Positions 37,699 through 47,335 are shown, numbered from the stretch's first letter. The stretch: 64,000 nt of DNA from Pseudomonadota bacterium (GCA_016702545.1 JADJDT010000015.1:69744-133743), one strand, 5' to 3'. Numbers and translations: made by a program. The notes: generated by a model from the sequence alone, not told the origin.

Positions 37699-37734
37699 CG
37701 TTTGCGCCCGCCTCCCGTCATTCAAGCAGCCTCG

Positions 37735-40700
37735 ATGAAATTCACCGATCTCTTCATCCGCCGGCCGGTGCTGGCGATCGTCGTCAACCTGGTGATCATC
37801 ATCGCCGGGGTGCAGGCACTGCGCGCGCTCAACGTGCGCCAATACCCCCGCAGCGAGAACTCGGTCGTCAGCGTCTCCACGGTCTACGTCGGCGCGAGCG
37901 CCGAGCTGGTGCGCGGCTTCATCACCACGCAGCTCGAGCGTGCGGTCGCGGCCGCCGACGGCATCGACTACATCGAGTCGCAGAGCGCCCAGGGCCTCTC
38001 GACGATCAATGCCCGCCTCAAGCTCAACTACGACCCGATCAAGGCGCTGGCCGAGATCGGCTCCAAGGTCGATCAGGTGCGCGGCGATCTGCCCCCTGAG
38101 GCCGAGGTGCCGACGATCAACGTCCAATCGGCCGACAGTCAGTTTGCCTCGGCCTACCTCAGCTTCAGCTCCACGCTGCTCAAGCAGAACCAGATCACGG
38201 ACTACCTGGTACGGATCGTCCAGCCGCGGCTCTCGGCGATCGAGGGCGTGCAGCGCGCCGAGATCCTCGGCGCCCGCACCTTCGCCATGCGGGTTTGGCT
38301 CAAGCCCGACCGCATGGCGGCGCTCAATATCAGTCCGGTGCAGGTCCGCCAGGCGCTCGCCGCCAACAACTTCTTGGCGCCGATCGGCCGCACCAAGGGC
38401 GCGTTGGTCCAGGTCAACCTCACCGCCAATACCGATCTCCGCTCGGTCGAGGAGTTCAAGAACCTGGTGCTGCGCGAGCAGCGCGGCGCGGTCGTCCGGC
38501 TGCAAGACGTGGCCGACGTCGTGCTCGGCGCCGAGGACTACGAGGCCGAGGTCCGCTTCTCCGGGCAGACGGCGGTGTTCATGGGCATCTTCGCGCTGCC
38601 CAACGCCAACGCGCTCGAGGTCGTGCGCCGCGTGCGCGCGGAGATCGCCGCGATCCAGCGCGAGCTGCCGAGCGGGCTGAGCGCCCGCGTGGCCTATGAC
38701 GCCACGGCCTACATCAACGACGCGCTGCACGAGGTCACCCGCACCCTGCTCGACACGCTGCTGATCGTGGCGATCATCATCTTCCTCTTCCTCGGCTCGC
38801 TGCGCTCGGTGCTGGTGCCGGTGGTGGCGATTCCGGTCTCGTTGATCGGCGGCGTGTTCCTGATGCAGGTCTTCGGCTTCACGATCAACCTGCTGACGCT
38901 GCTGGCGATCGTGCTCTCGGTCGGCCTCGTCGTCGACGACGCGATCGTCGTGGTCGAGAACGTCGAGCGCCACCTGCGGGAGGGCAAGTCACCCCGCGAC
39001 GCGGCGCTGCTCGGGGCGCGCGAGCTGATCGGCCCGATCATCGCGATGACCATCACGCTGGCCGCGGTCTACGCGCCGATCGGTCTGCAAGGCGGACTGA
39101 CCGGCTCGCTCTTCCGCGAGTTCGCCTTCACCCTCGCCGGCGCCGTGACGATCTCGGGCGTGGTCGCGCTGACCTTGTCGCCCGTGATGTCGGCACGGCT
39201 GCTCAAGCCCGGTCTCGGCGAGCGCGGGCTCGCCGGCAAGATCGCGCGCGACTTCGTCCGCCTGCGCGCACTCTACGGGCGGCTGTTGGACGCCACGCTC
39301 AACCACCGCCCGGCGGTCTACGTGCTGTGGGCCGGCATCAGCCTGCTGGCGATCCCGATGTTCAAGATGTCGGCGACCGAGCTGGCCCCGACCGAGGATC
39401 AGGGGATCATCTTCGGCATCCTCGAGGCCTCGGCCAACGCGACGCTCGACCAGACCAGTCGCTTCGCCGCAGCAGCCAATCGCGCCTTCCTCAGCGCGCC
39501 CGAGACCAAGTTCACGTTCCAGGTCACCTTCCCCACGTCGGGCTTCGCGGGCATGGCCCTCAAGCCCTGGGGCGAGCGCCGCCGCAGCGTCGCTCAGCTG
39601 CTGCCCGAGGTGCAGGGCAAGCTGCAGGCCATCCCCGGCATTCGGATCTTTCCGGTCGCGCCGCCGGCCCTTCCGGGCGGCGGTCAGTTCCCGGTCGAGG
39701 TCGTGATCGCCTCGACCGCCGAGCCCGACGCGATCCTGCGACTCGTCGAGCAGCTGCAGGCCAAGGCGGTCGCCAGCCGGATGTTCGCCTTCCCGCCGAT
39801 CCTCGACACCAAGATCGACCAACCGCAGTCGGAGCTGGTGATCAACCGCGACAAGGTCGCCGACCTCGGGCTCAGCCTGCAGCAGGTCGGCGCCGACGTG
39901 GCCTCGATGCTCGGCGGCAACTTCGTCAACCGCTTCAACATCGCCGGTCGCAGCTACAAGGTCATCCCGCAGATCACGCGGGTCGAGCGCCTCAACCCCG
40001 AGCAGCTCAACGAGCTCCGCGTCACGGGGCCCAATGGACAATTGGTGGCGCTCAGCACCCTCGCGACCTTGCGCGACACGACGGTGGCGCGGTCGCTCAA
40101 CCGCTTCCAGCAGCTCAATGCGGTCAAGCTCAGCGGCGTCGCAATTCGCCCGCTCGACGAGGCCTTGCGCTTCCTCGAGGACGAGGCCGCCAAGCTCCTG
40201 CCCCAGGGCTACGTCATCGACTACACCGGCGAGTCGCGCCAGCTCCGCACCGAGAGCAACAAGTTCCTGCCGGCCTTCGCCCTGGCGATGGTGCTGATCT
40301 TCCTGGTGCTGGCCGCCCAGTTCAACAGCTTCCGCGATCCCTTCGTGATCCTCGCCGGGTCGGTGCCACTGGCGATGTTCGGCGCGCTGATCTTCACCTT
40401 CCTCAAGATGCCCAATCCCAACGTCCCGTTCTGGACCCAGGGCTGGACGACCACGCTCAACATCTACTCCCAGGTGGGGCTCGTGACGTTGATCGGGCTG
40501 GTGGCCAAGAACGGCATCCTGATCGTCGAGTTCGCCAACAAGCTCCAGGAACAGGGCCGCTCGAAGCGCGAGGCGGTCCACGAGGCCGCGCTCACGCGCC
40601 TGCGGCCGATCTTGATGACCACCGGCGCGACCATCGCCGGCCACTTTCCGCTCACGCTCGTCACCGGCGCCGGCGCCGCCGCGCGCAACTCGATCGGCCT

Positions 40701-40827
40701 CGTGCTCGTCGGTGGCATGGCCGTCGGCACGGCGTTCACGCTCTTCGCCATCCCGTCGATCTACATGCTCGTCGGCCGCACCCGCCAGCATCCTGGCGGC
40801 GTCACCGCTCAGGGGCCGCAGGGCTGA
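37735..40827 (+). CDS. RND efflux transporter permease (AcrB/MexB-like)
   Basis: Starts MKFTDLFIRRPVLAIVV. About 1030 aa with a 12-TM architecture and conserved GLVVDDAIVVVENVERH. Confidence 0.9.
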   Translation: MKFTDLFIRRPVLAIVVNLVIIIAGVQALRALNVRQYPRSENSVVSVSTVYVGASAELVRGFITTQLERAVAAADGIDYIESQSAQGLSTINARLKLNYDPIKALAEIGSKVDQVRGDLPPEAEVPTINVQSADSQFASAYLSFSSTLLKQNQITDYLVRIVQPRLSAIEGVQRAEILGARTFAMRVWLKPDRMAALNISPVQVRQALAANNFLAPIGRTKGALVQVNLTANTDLRSVEEFKNLVLREQRGAVVRLQDVADVVLGAEDYEAEVRFSGQTAVFMGIFALPNANALEVVRRVRAEIAAIQRELPSGLSARVAYDATAYINDALHEVTRTLLDTLLIVAIIIFLFLGSLRSVLVPVVAIPVSLIGGVFLMQVFGFTINLLTLLAIVLSVGLVVDDAIVVVENVERHLREGKSPRDAALLGARELIGPIIAMTITLAAVYAPIGLQGGLTGSLFREFAFTLAGAVTISGVVALTLSPVMSARLLKPGLGERGLAGKIARDFVRLRALYGRLLDATLNHRPAVYVLWAGISLLAIPMFKMSATELAPTEDQGIIFGILEASANATLDQTSRFAAAANRAFLSAPETKFTFQVTFPTSGFAGMALKPWGERRRSVAQLLPEVQGKLQAIPGIRIFPVAPPALPGGGQFPVEVVIASTAEPDAILRLVEQLQAKAVASRMFAFPPILDTKIDQPQSELVINRDKVADLGLSLQQVGADVASMLGGNFVNRFNIAGRSYKVIPQITRVERLNPEQLNELRVTGPNGQLVALSTLATLRDTTVARSLNRFQQLNAVKLSGVAIRPLDEALRFLEDEAAKLLPQGYVIDYTGESRQLRTESNKFLPAFALAMVLIFLVLAAQFNSFRDPFVILAGSVPLAMFGALIFTFLKMPNPNVPFWTQGWTTTLNIYSQVGLVTLIGLVAKNGILIVEFANKLQEQGRSKREAVHEAALTRLRPILMTTGATIAGHFPLTLVTGAGAAARNSIGLVLVGGMAVGTAFTLFAIPSIYMLVGRTRQHPGGVTAQGPQG

Positions 40828-42035
40828 AGCGAAGCCACGCGCACCCGGCCATCGAAGGCAGAGGCCACGACCCCGCAGCGCGTGGCCGCGAGCTCGTAGA
40901 TCGCCGCGCCCGTGCTCAGCTCGTCGAGCAGCCGCGGGGCGCTCGGTTGGCTGAGGTCGTAGACCTGGATACTGCCGGCCCCGCGCACGCCGGTGCCGAC
41001 GTAGAGCCGCGAGCCCGAACCGTCCAGGCCGCGGTAGTCGAGCGAGCCCGCCGGACTGCTCCAGACCACGACCGGCGCGTTGGGGTGGACCACGTCGATC
41101 ACCAGCAGCCGCCGGCCCGTCTTGGAGACCACGTACGCATAGTGCCCCTCGCTCCAGACCTCGTAGACCGTACCGGTCGGATCGTGGATCGTCATGTCCA
41201 GGGTGCCGACCACCGTCGGTGGGCCGACCGGAGGGAGGTCGAGCACATGGAAGTGGGTCCTGGCGGCGACGTAGAGCGTGGTGCCCACGATCTGAACATC
41301 CTGCGTCACCCCGCTGAGCGGCAGCTGGTAGAGCAGCGACGGGTTGGTGGGCACCGCGATGTCGACCACCGCCAGGCCCTCGGTGTGGTTCGCGACGTAG
41401 GCGCGACCGCGCGCCACCTGCACCGCCCAGGCCTCGCCGGGCAGGTCGAGGCCACCGAGGTGGACGGGCACGCCCGCGGACACCTCGGCCACCACCAGCC
41501 CGCCCCAGTAGGTCGCCAGATACGCCCTGCCGTTGGCGAGGTGCAGGCCGAGAACATCGTTGTCGGTCGCCGAGATCTGCGCTGGAGCAAGGTCCGTGCG
41601 CAGCAGCCCGGTGGACCTGGGGCTCGCCGGCTCCGCGAGGTCGAGCAGCTCGATGCCATCCTCACCCTCGGAGACCCCGACGGCGACGGTATTGCCGTCG
41701 CGGGCCAAAGACTGCCCGATGCCGGCCAACCGAGACGCTACGCTGGTCACGAGGGTCAGCGTGCCCGCCGCCCCGGCGGCATCCGCGCCCCGATCACCCG
41801 CGCCGGCGTCGGCGCCGCCGCTCCGATCGGCCCGGGCACCCGAATCGCGCACCGGAGCGTCCGGCGTGGCGTCCGCGAGCACCGACCCACCGGCGTCGCA
41901 GGCGCCCCGATCCACGGCGCAAGCGGAGCCCCTGTCGCGCGGCTCGAAGCCGGCGCGCACGCAACCCACGACCGGCAGCAGGCCCAGCCAGCCGGCCGAG
42001 GCCAGCCTGGCCCAGCGGAGCGACGCAGCCCTCAT
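40809..42035 (-). CDS. LVIVD-repeat beta-propeller lipoprotein
   Basis: ATG at 42035 with lipobox LLPVVGC. Repeated ...AYVA..GLAVVDI..P..P-type units. Confidence 0.65.
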   Translation of the reverse strand: MRAASLRWARLASAGWLGLLPVVGCVRAGFEPRDRGSACAVDRGACDAGGSVLADATPDAPVRDSGARADRSGGADAGAGDRGADAAGAAGTLTLVTSVASRLAGIGQSLARDGNTVAVGVSEGEDGIELLDLAEPASPRSTGLLRTDLAPAQISATDNDVLGLHLANGRAYLATYWGGLVVAEVSAGVPVHLGGLDLPGEAWAVQVARGRAYVANHTEGLAVVDIAVPTNPSLLYQLPLSGVTQDVQIVGTTLYVAARTHFHVLDLPPVGPPTVVGTLDMTIHDPTGTVYEVWSEGHYAYVVSKTGRRLLVIDVVHPNAPVVVWSSPAGSLDYRGLDGSGSRLYVGTGVRGAGSIQVYDLSQPSAPRLLDELSTGAAIYELAATRCGVVASAFDGRVRVASLQPCGP

Positions 42036-42114
42036 CGGGTCGATAGTACCACCCGCGACGCCATCACCCGGCCCGGCTTGCTCGCGCCGGCACCTGCCGC
42101 TATCGTCCTCGGCG

Positions 42115-42771
42115 ATGAGCGAGCTGCCGACGCCCACCTGTGCGGATTGCGTGGCCTTCGCCGCCGAGGGGCGTGACGAACAGGGGCGGCGACGCGGGCG
42201 TTGCCGCTTTCGGCCTGAGCTGGGCTCGATTCCCGAGACCCTGCCCTACTGCCACACCTTCCAGGTGCGGGCCGAGCGCGCCTCGGCGGTGGCCCTCCCC
42301 GCTCGCGCGGCCTCGCGGGCGCGGGCGGCGGCGGCGAGCGCGAGCCGCAGCGCGGGCGTCGCTCCAGCGCGCCGCGCGCCCGCGACGCTGCGCCAGCCGA
42401 CCTGCGGCGACACCGAAGGAGAGATCACGATGGATCGCGATGGTCTCAAACAGGTGCTGCGTGAGCTGCTGACCGAGGAGACGCTCTTCGGCTACCCGGA
42501 GCTGGCTCGCCGCTGGGACGGCGGCACCTTGGTGCTGAAACCCGCGGACACGACGGTGCAGAGTAAGGAAGTCCCGCTGGAGCAGCTCTTCCACAAGATC
42601 GTGATGATTCGCGATCGGCTGCGCGTGCTCGAGGCGAAGCTCAACGGCCACGAGAAGCTCTCCGAGACCGACAAGGTCGAGCTGCAGGGTTACATCTCGC
42701 GCTGCTACGGCACGCTGACCACCTTCAACGTGCTCTTCGCCGACAAGGACGACCACTTCAGCTCGAAGTGA
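42115..42771 (+). CDS. hypothetical protein (N-terminal Cys cluster, conserved C-terminal helical domain)
   Basis: ATG at 42115 (MSELPTPTCADCVAF...). The upstream part of ORF 41533 is antisense shadow of the LVIVD gene. Confidence 0.5.
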   Translation: MSELPTPTCADCVAFAAEGRDEQGRRRGRCRFRPELGSIPETLPYCHTFQVRAERASAVALPARAASRARAAAASASRSAGVAPARRAPATLRQPTCGDTEGEITMDRDGLKQVLRELLTEETLFGYPELARRWDGGTLVLKPADTTVQSKEVPLEQLFHKIVMIRDRLRVLEAKLNGHEKLSETDKVELQGYISRCYGTLTTFNVLFADKDDHFSSK

Positions 42772-42778
42772 GTGGCCA

Positions 42779-44485
42779 ATGTCGGCGGCCCCCACCAGCG
42801 CCACGCGCCGCGCCATCAGCCGGGCCACGAGCGCCTTGCCGCTGCTGGCCCTGCTCGCCGTGACGGCAATGCTCTACGCCCGCGTGGGCGACTATCCCTT
42901 CCTGCACTGGGACGACGGCGTGTACGTCAGCGAGCATCCAGCGCTGCGACGGATCGCGGCCGGGGAAGGCGGGGCCTTCACCGAGCTGCTCTCGCCACGC
43001 GAGGCGCTCGCCGGCCGCCGCTGGGAGTACCTCCCGTTGCGCGACCTGAGCTACGGGCTCGATGCCTGGCGCGCCGGCCTCGCCCCCCGTGCCTTCCACC
43101 TGACGAACCTCGGGCTGCACCTGCTCGCCGTGCTGCTGGTCTGGAGCCTCGCGCGCGCGCTCGGGCTCGGCGCGGCCCCCGCGCTGGCGGCAGCGGCCCT
43201 CTTCGCACTCCACCCCCTGGCGGTCGAGCCCACGGCCTGGATCAGCGCGCGCAAGGACCTGCTCTACACGGCGCTCGCCCTGGCCGCGCTGCTCGCGCTG
43301 CTCCAGGCGCGCCACCGCCGGGGGCGATCGCGCGCGTTCGCCTTCGGCGCCTTCATCGCTGCCACCCTCGCCGCGCTCGCCAGCAAGGGCCCGGCCGTGA
43401 TCGTGCCGCTGCTGGCCGCGGTGCTGGTCTGGCGCTGTTTTCCCGCGGAGCAGCGCTCCAGCGCGCGCTGGCCGCTCTGGGGCCTCGGCGCGGTCGCCGC
43501 GGGCTGGGCGCTGCTCAGCCTGGTGATCGGCCGGCGCAGCGGGATTCTGAGCAGCGGCGCGACCAGCCTCGGCGAGCGGCTCGGCAGCGTGCTCGGCGCA
43601 CCAGCTCACGCGCTGGCGCAGCTCGCGTGGCCCGTGGCGCTGTCGCCGAGCTACCGCCATCCGGCGGGATCGGTCTGGGCCCAACCGGAACCGTGGGTCG
43701 GGCTCGCGCTGGCGGTCGTGGTCGCGGCCCTGGTCGTGGTGGCGCACCGACGCCCCGCGCCTTCGCCTGCCCCACCGGCCGCGGGGGCGCTGGCGCTCTG
43801 TGCCTGGCTGGCCCTGCTCCCGACGGCGGGCCTAATAAACGTGGCGCAGCCGCGGGCCGATCGCTTCCTCTACTTGCCCTTGGCTTGCGCCGCCCTGGCG
43901 ATCGGCGCGCTGCTGCAAGCGGCCGCGCCCCGATTGCGCCGCGGCCTGGCGCTCGCCACCGCCGCGGCCCTTCTGCTCTGCGCGGCGCAAACCCAGCGCT
44001 ACCTCGCGGTCTGGCGCCACGACCTCAAGCTCTGGACCCATGTGGTGGCGGCCGACCCCGATCATCCGCTCGCCAACGGCCAGCTCGCGGCGCTGGCGAT
44101 CGAACAGGGCCAGCTGGTGCTGGCCAAGCGGCTGCTCGACCGCGCGCTGGCCCACGGCCCGCGCCTCGCGCCGAGCTGGTCCAATCTCGGCCGCTGGTGG
44201 CAGCTACAGGCTGGACCGGGCGCGCTGCGGCCCGGCGACGGGCGCCGCGCCGACCAGCTCGCCCAGGCCGAACGAGCGTTCGGGCGCGCGCTCGCCCTCG
44301 ACCCGCGCTACGCGCCGCCCTACCTGGAGCTGGCGCGGCTGGCGCAACAACGCGGCGATGCCCGCCGAGCCGAGGCGCTGCTCCGCCGCGCGCTCACGCT
44401 GCCGCGCTGTCCTGCCACGGCTCGGCTGCAGCTCCAGGCCTTGCGCAACGCCACGCCGGCGCTCAGCCCCCGGCCAGCGCGCTGA
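42779..44485 (+). CDS. polytopic membrane protein with C-terminal TPR repeats (TMTC/PMT_2-like architecture)
   Basis: YPFLHWDDGVYV N-terminal motif and about 10 TM segments, followed by TPR units. Confidence 0.6.
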   Translation: MSAAPTSATRRAISRATSALPLLALLAVTAMLYARVGDYPFLHWDDGVYVSEHPALRRIAAGEGGAFTELLSPREALAGRRWEYLPLRDLSYGLDAWRAGLAPRAFHLTNLGLHLLAVLLVWSLARALGLGAAPALAAAALFALHPLAVEPTAWISARKDLLYTALALAALLALLQARHRRGRSRAFAFGAFIAATLAALASKGPAVIVPLLAAVLVWRCFPAEQRSSARWPLWGLGAVAAGWALLSLVIGRRSGILSSGATSLGERLGSVLGAPAHALAQLAWPVALSPSYRHPAGSVWAQPEPWVGLALAVVVAALVVVAHRRPAPSPAPPAAGALALCAWLALLPTAGLINVAQPRADRFLYLPLACAALAIGALLQAAAPRLRRGLALATAAALLLCAAQTQRYLAVWRHDLKLWTHVVAADPDHPLANGQLAALAIEQGQLVLAKRLLDRALAHGPRLAPSWSNLGRWWQLQAGPGALRPGDGRRADQLAQAERAFGRALALDPRYAPPYLELARLAQQRGDARRAEALLRRALTLPRCPATARLQLQALRNATPALSPRPAR

Positions 44486-44924
44486 AGGCGGCCCGCAGCA
44501 TCGCGGGCTTGGTGACCACACCGACCAGACGCTCGTCGGCGACCACCGGCACGATGCTGATGTGACGCTCGACCATCAGCGTGGCCACCTCCTCGAGGGG
44601 CGTCTCCGGGCGGACGGAGACCGGATCGGTGGTCATGATGTCGGCGACCTGGGCCCCGCTGATCTTGTCGAGCTCGCGCTCCGCGCGCCAGGGGCTGTCG
44701 AGCGGCAGCACGCCGTCGAGCAGCACGAAGAAGGTCGGCAGGTGCAGCGCCTTCTCCTGGTAGATGAGGTCCATCGAGGTCACGACCCCCGCCAGGGCGC
44801 CATCCTCGGCGACGACACACACGCCATCGAGGCGCTCCTCGAGCAGCAGGCGCGCCAGCTCCTGCACGGACAGGGTCGGGCTGACGCTGCGCGCCTCCTG
44901 CATCACCTCGCCGGCTGTCTGCAT
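44463..44924 (-). CDS. CBS domain pair protein
   Basis: 153 aa containing two CBS-like units (...VCVVAEDGALAGVVTSMDL..., ...SIVPVVADERLVGVVTKPAML). Confidence 0.8.
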   Translation of the reverse strand: MQTAGEVMQEARSVSPTLSVQELARLLLEERLDGVCVVAEDGALAGVVTSMDLIYQEKALHLPTFFVLLDGVLPLDSPWRAERELDKISGAQVADIMTTDPVSVRPETPLEEVATLMVERHISIVPVVADERLVGVVTKPAMLRAAFSALAGG

Positions 44925-45098
44925 CGCTCACCTCCCTCGGGTCAGCATACGCCCCTGCGCCCGCACGACCAAGGCCGAGGGCCGCCGCTTGCGCGCCCTC
45001 GGCGCTGTGCGACAGTGCGCGCGGGAGCAGCGCCACGGATGATCCGTCTCGAGCCCCGCGCATGAAGGCCTCCCCGGCAGCGCCTGGCCACCCGCTCA

Positions 45099-45242
45099 AG
45101 AGGTGTCCAGAAATCGTCGCGAGCAGGCCCGAGCGCAAGGCGCCGCGAGCACCGAAGCGGAAGGTACGGGCTGGTACGTGAGCATCGGAGCGCAGCGGCA
45201 ACGCAGCGGTCGGGCCGCGCAGCAGATTTTTGGACACCTCTT
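45099..45242 (+). repeat. palindromic intergenic element, copy 4
   Basis: Arms AAGAGGTGTCCAGAAATC ... GATTTTTGGACACCTCTT with one G.T pair. The core is conserved. It overlaps the 5' end of the HDAC ORF. Confidence 0.9.
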
Positions 45243-47145
45243 CGGCGGCCGCGCCGAGCCGCTGCCCGAAGCGCTGGTCGGGGCGCGAGCGATCGGTCGC
45301 CGTGGCCTCGCCCGGGCGGCGAGCTGGGCGCGCGACCTCGGCCTGCCGCTGCCTCCGCCCGCGCGCCTGGTCTTCGATGAGGACTACGTCGGGCCGACGG
45401 CCGAGAGCGACAGCCGCCACGCCTTCGACGGCCGCCGGCCGCTGCGGATCGTCGAGCGCCTGCGTCGCTCCGGCGTGCTCAGCCGCACCCAGCTCCTGCG
45501 GCCCAGCGTGCCCAGCGCGGCCGATCTGGCGCGGGTCCACCCAGCGGCCTTTCTGGCCGAGCTCCGCCAACCCGAGCGCCTGGCGGCCCTGCTGGCGCTG
45601 CCGGTCCACACCATCCAGCTCCAGGACGACCCGCTGCTGCCCTTCCTGCTGCAGAGCGGCGGCACGATGCTCGCGCTCGAGCACGCGCTGCGCCACGCGC
45701 TGCCGGTCTTCAACCTCGGGGGCGGCTTTCATCACGCGCAGCGCGACCGCGCCGAGGGCTTCTGCCCGCTCAACGATCTCGCGCTGGCGATCGAGCGCGT
45801 GCGCGCGCTCCGCTTGGCGCGGCGCATCCTGGTCGTCGACCTGGACTACCACCACGGCAACGGCACGGCGTTGATCTACGCCGAGGACGAGGAGGTCTTC
45901 ACCCTCTCGCTGCATGGCCAAGCGTGGGCGCAGCTCGCGGGCAAGCGCCACAACCTCGACCTCCAGCTCCCGGCGGGCACCGGCGACGGCGACTATCTGG
46001 CGGCGCTGCGCGAAACGCTGCCGCCGGTCCTGCGCCGGTTTCGCCCGCAGGCCGCGATCTACCTCGCCGGCGCCGACGTCAGCGCGGCAGATCAGCTCGG
46101 CGACTTCCGGCTCTCGGAGGACGGCGTGCTCGAGCGAGACCTCTACGTGGCCCGCTGCCTGCGGGCGGCCCACGTGCCCTTCGCCGTGGTGCTGGGCGGA
46201 GGCTACGGGCCCTTCGCCTGGACCCTGCCCTACAACTTCATCTACAGCGTGCTGACGGGCACGCGCATTCCCTTGGCGTTGCGCCCGAGCAACGTCGCCG
46301 CTCAATACGCTCGCGTCCGCACGGCGCTCGGCCCGATCGAGCTGCGACAGGGCACCCCGGCGCTGGCGGCCAGCGATGGCGACGCCCTGCTGGGCCTCGA
46401 GCGCGGCGAGTCGTCGCTCTTCATGGGCACCTACTCGCGCGAGGGCCTGGTCACCGTGCTCGAGCGCTATGGCTTCCTCGAGCTGCTGCGTGAGCGCGGC
46501 TTCGCCGCACCACTGATCTCGATCGACACCGAGGACCCCGACCGGCAGGTCTTGCGAATCCATGATGGCCAGCCCGACCCGGCCCACCTGCTGATCGAGC
46601 TCGTGACCCGCTACCGCGCGCTGCGCCGGCCCACCAGCGCCGCCTTCGCCCCCGACGGGCTGCGCCTGCTGGCGATCGAGTGGCTCTGCATGCAGAACCC
46701 CTGCGCCGACTTCACCCTCGATCGCCCGCAACTCCCCGATCAGCGCTTCCCCGGGCTGGGCCTCGGCCCCTGGATGCTCGAGCTGCTGCGGCAGATGGCG
46801 CTGCGGCTGCGCTGTGCCGGGCTGATGAACTGCCCGCGCCACTACCACAACGCGCGCGTCTACGCGCGGGCGATGCGCTTCTTCGACCCCGTGACCGAGG
46901 GCCGCTTTCGCGCCCTGCAGGCGCTGCTCGAGCCGCTCCCGCTGCTCGAGGCGATCGACGCCGTCGCCCGCGGGGCGGTCGTCGACGAAGAGGGTCTCCC
47001 CTGGCACTGGACCTGCTTCGAGGGTGCGCCTCAGGTGCTCGCGACCGACCAGGCGCTCAGCAGCTACCTTGCGAGCGCGGCCTATCAGCGCGCGGTGAGC
47101 GAGGCCCGCGCGGGCCAGCGGCTCCGACTGCAACTCGGCGGGTGA
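45103..47145 (+). CDS. histone deacetylase-family (arginase/deacetylase fold) protein with an uncharacterised ~280-aa C-terminal extension
   Basis: GGGFHHA, CPLNDLA and DLDYHHGNGT motifs. The start is unresolved: the only in-frame ATG/GTG codons upstream of the conserved domain (GTG 45103 and a GTG near 45178) lie inside the repeat element. Confidence 0.75.
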   Translation: MSRNRREQARAQGAASTEAEGTGWYVSIGAQRQRSGRAAQQIFGHLFGGRAEPLPEALVGARAIGRRGLARAASWARDLGLPLPPPARLVFDEDYVGPTAESDSRHAFDGRRPLRIVERLRRSGVLSRTQLLRPSVPSAADLARVHPAAFLAELRQPERLAALLALPVHTIQLQDDPLLPFLLQSGGTMLALEHALRHALPVFNLGGGFHHAQRDRAEGFCPLNDLALAIERVRALRLARRILVVDLDYHHGNGTALIYAEDEEVFTLSLHGQAWAQLAGKRHNLDLQLPAGTGDGDYLAALRETLPPVLRRFRPQAAIYLAGADVSAADQLGDFRLSEDGVLERDLYVARCLRAAHVPFAVVLGGGYGPFAWTLPYNFIYSVLTGTRIPLALRPSNVAAQYARVRTALGPIELRQGTPALAASDGDALLGLERGESSLFMGTYSREGLVTVLERYGFLELLRERGFAAPLISIDTEDPDRQVLRIHDGQPDPAHLLIELVTRYRALRRPTSAAFAPDGLRLLAIEWLCMQNPCADFTLDRPQLPDQRFPGLGLGPWMLELLRQMALRLRCAGLMNCPRHYHNARVYARAMRFFDPVTEGRFRALQALLEPLPLLEAIDAVARGAVVDEEGLPWHWTCFEGAPQVLATDQALSSYLASAAYQRAVSEARAGQRLRLQLGG

Positions 47146-47175
47146 AGGCCGACGCAGGCGTGGGCGGGCGGTGCG

Positions 47176-47335
47176 TTAGGAGGTTGGCGGAAATAGCTGG
47201 CCAGGTTGGCGGTCGAGGCGCCCGTGCGGCAAGGCGCGAGGAGGGCGCGTACCGCCTGTACGCAACCGACGAGCAACGCAGACGCGCGGAGGACGGCCGC
47301 CCAGCTGGTAAGATAATTTCGGCCAGCCTCCTCAG
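47176..47335 (+). repeat. palindromic intergenic element, divergent copy
   Basis: Arms TTAGGAGGTTGGCGGAAAT ... ATTTCGGCCAGCCTCCTCA with 2 mismatches and 1 wobble pair. The interior keeps CAAGGCGCG, a GTAC..GTACG centre and AACGCAG. The right arm contains the TGA stop of ORF 47332. Confidence 0.65.

Noticed and set aside
47002-47017. Sigma54-like motif TGGCACTGGACCTGCT on the plus strand.
   Set aside because: It lies inside the 3' part of the HDAC coding sequence. No downstream plus-strand gene could be served: the next features are a repeat element and a convergent gene. It is most likely a chance match.
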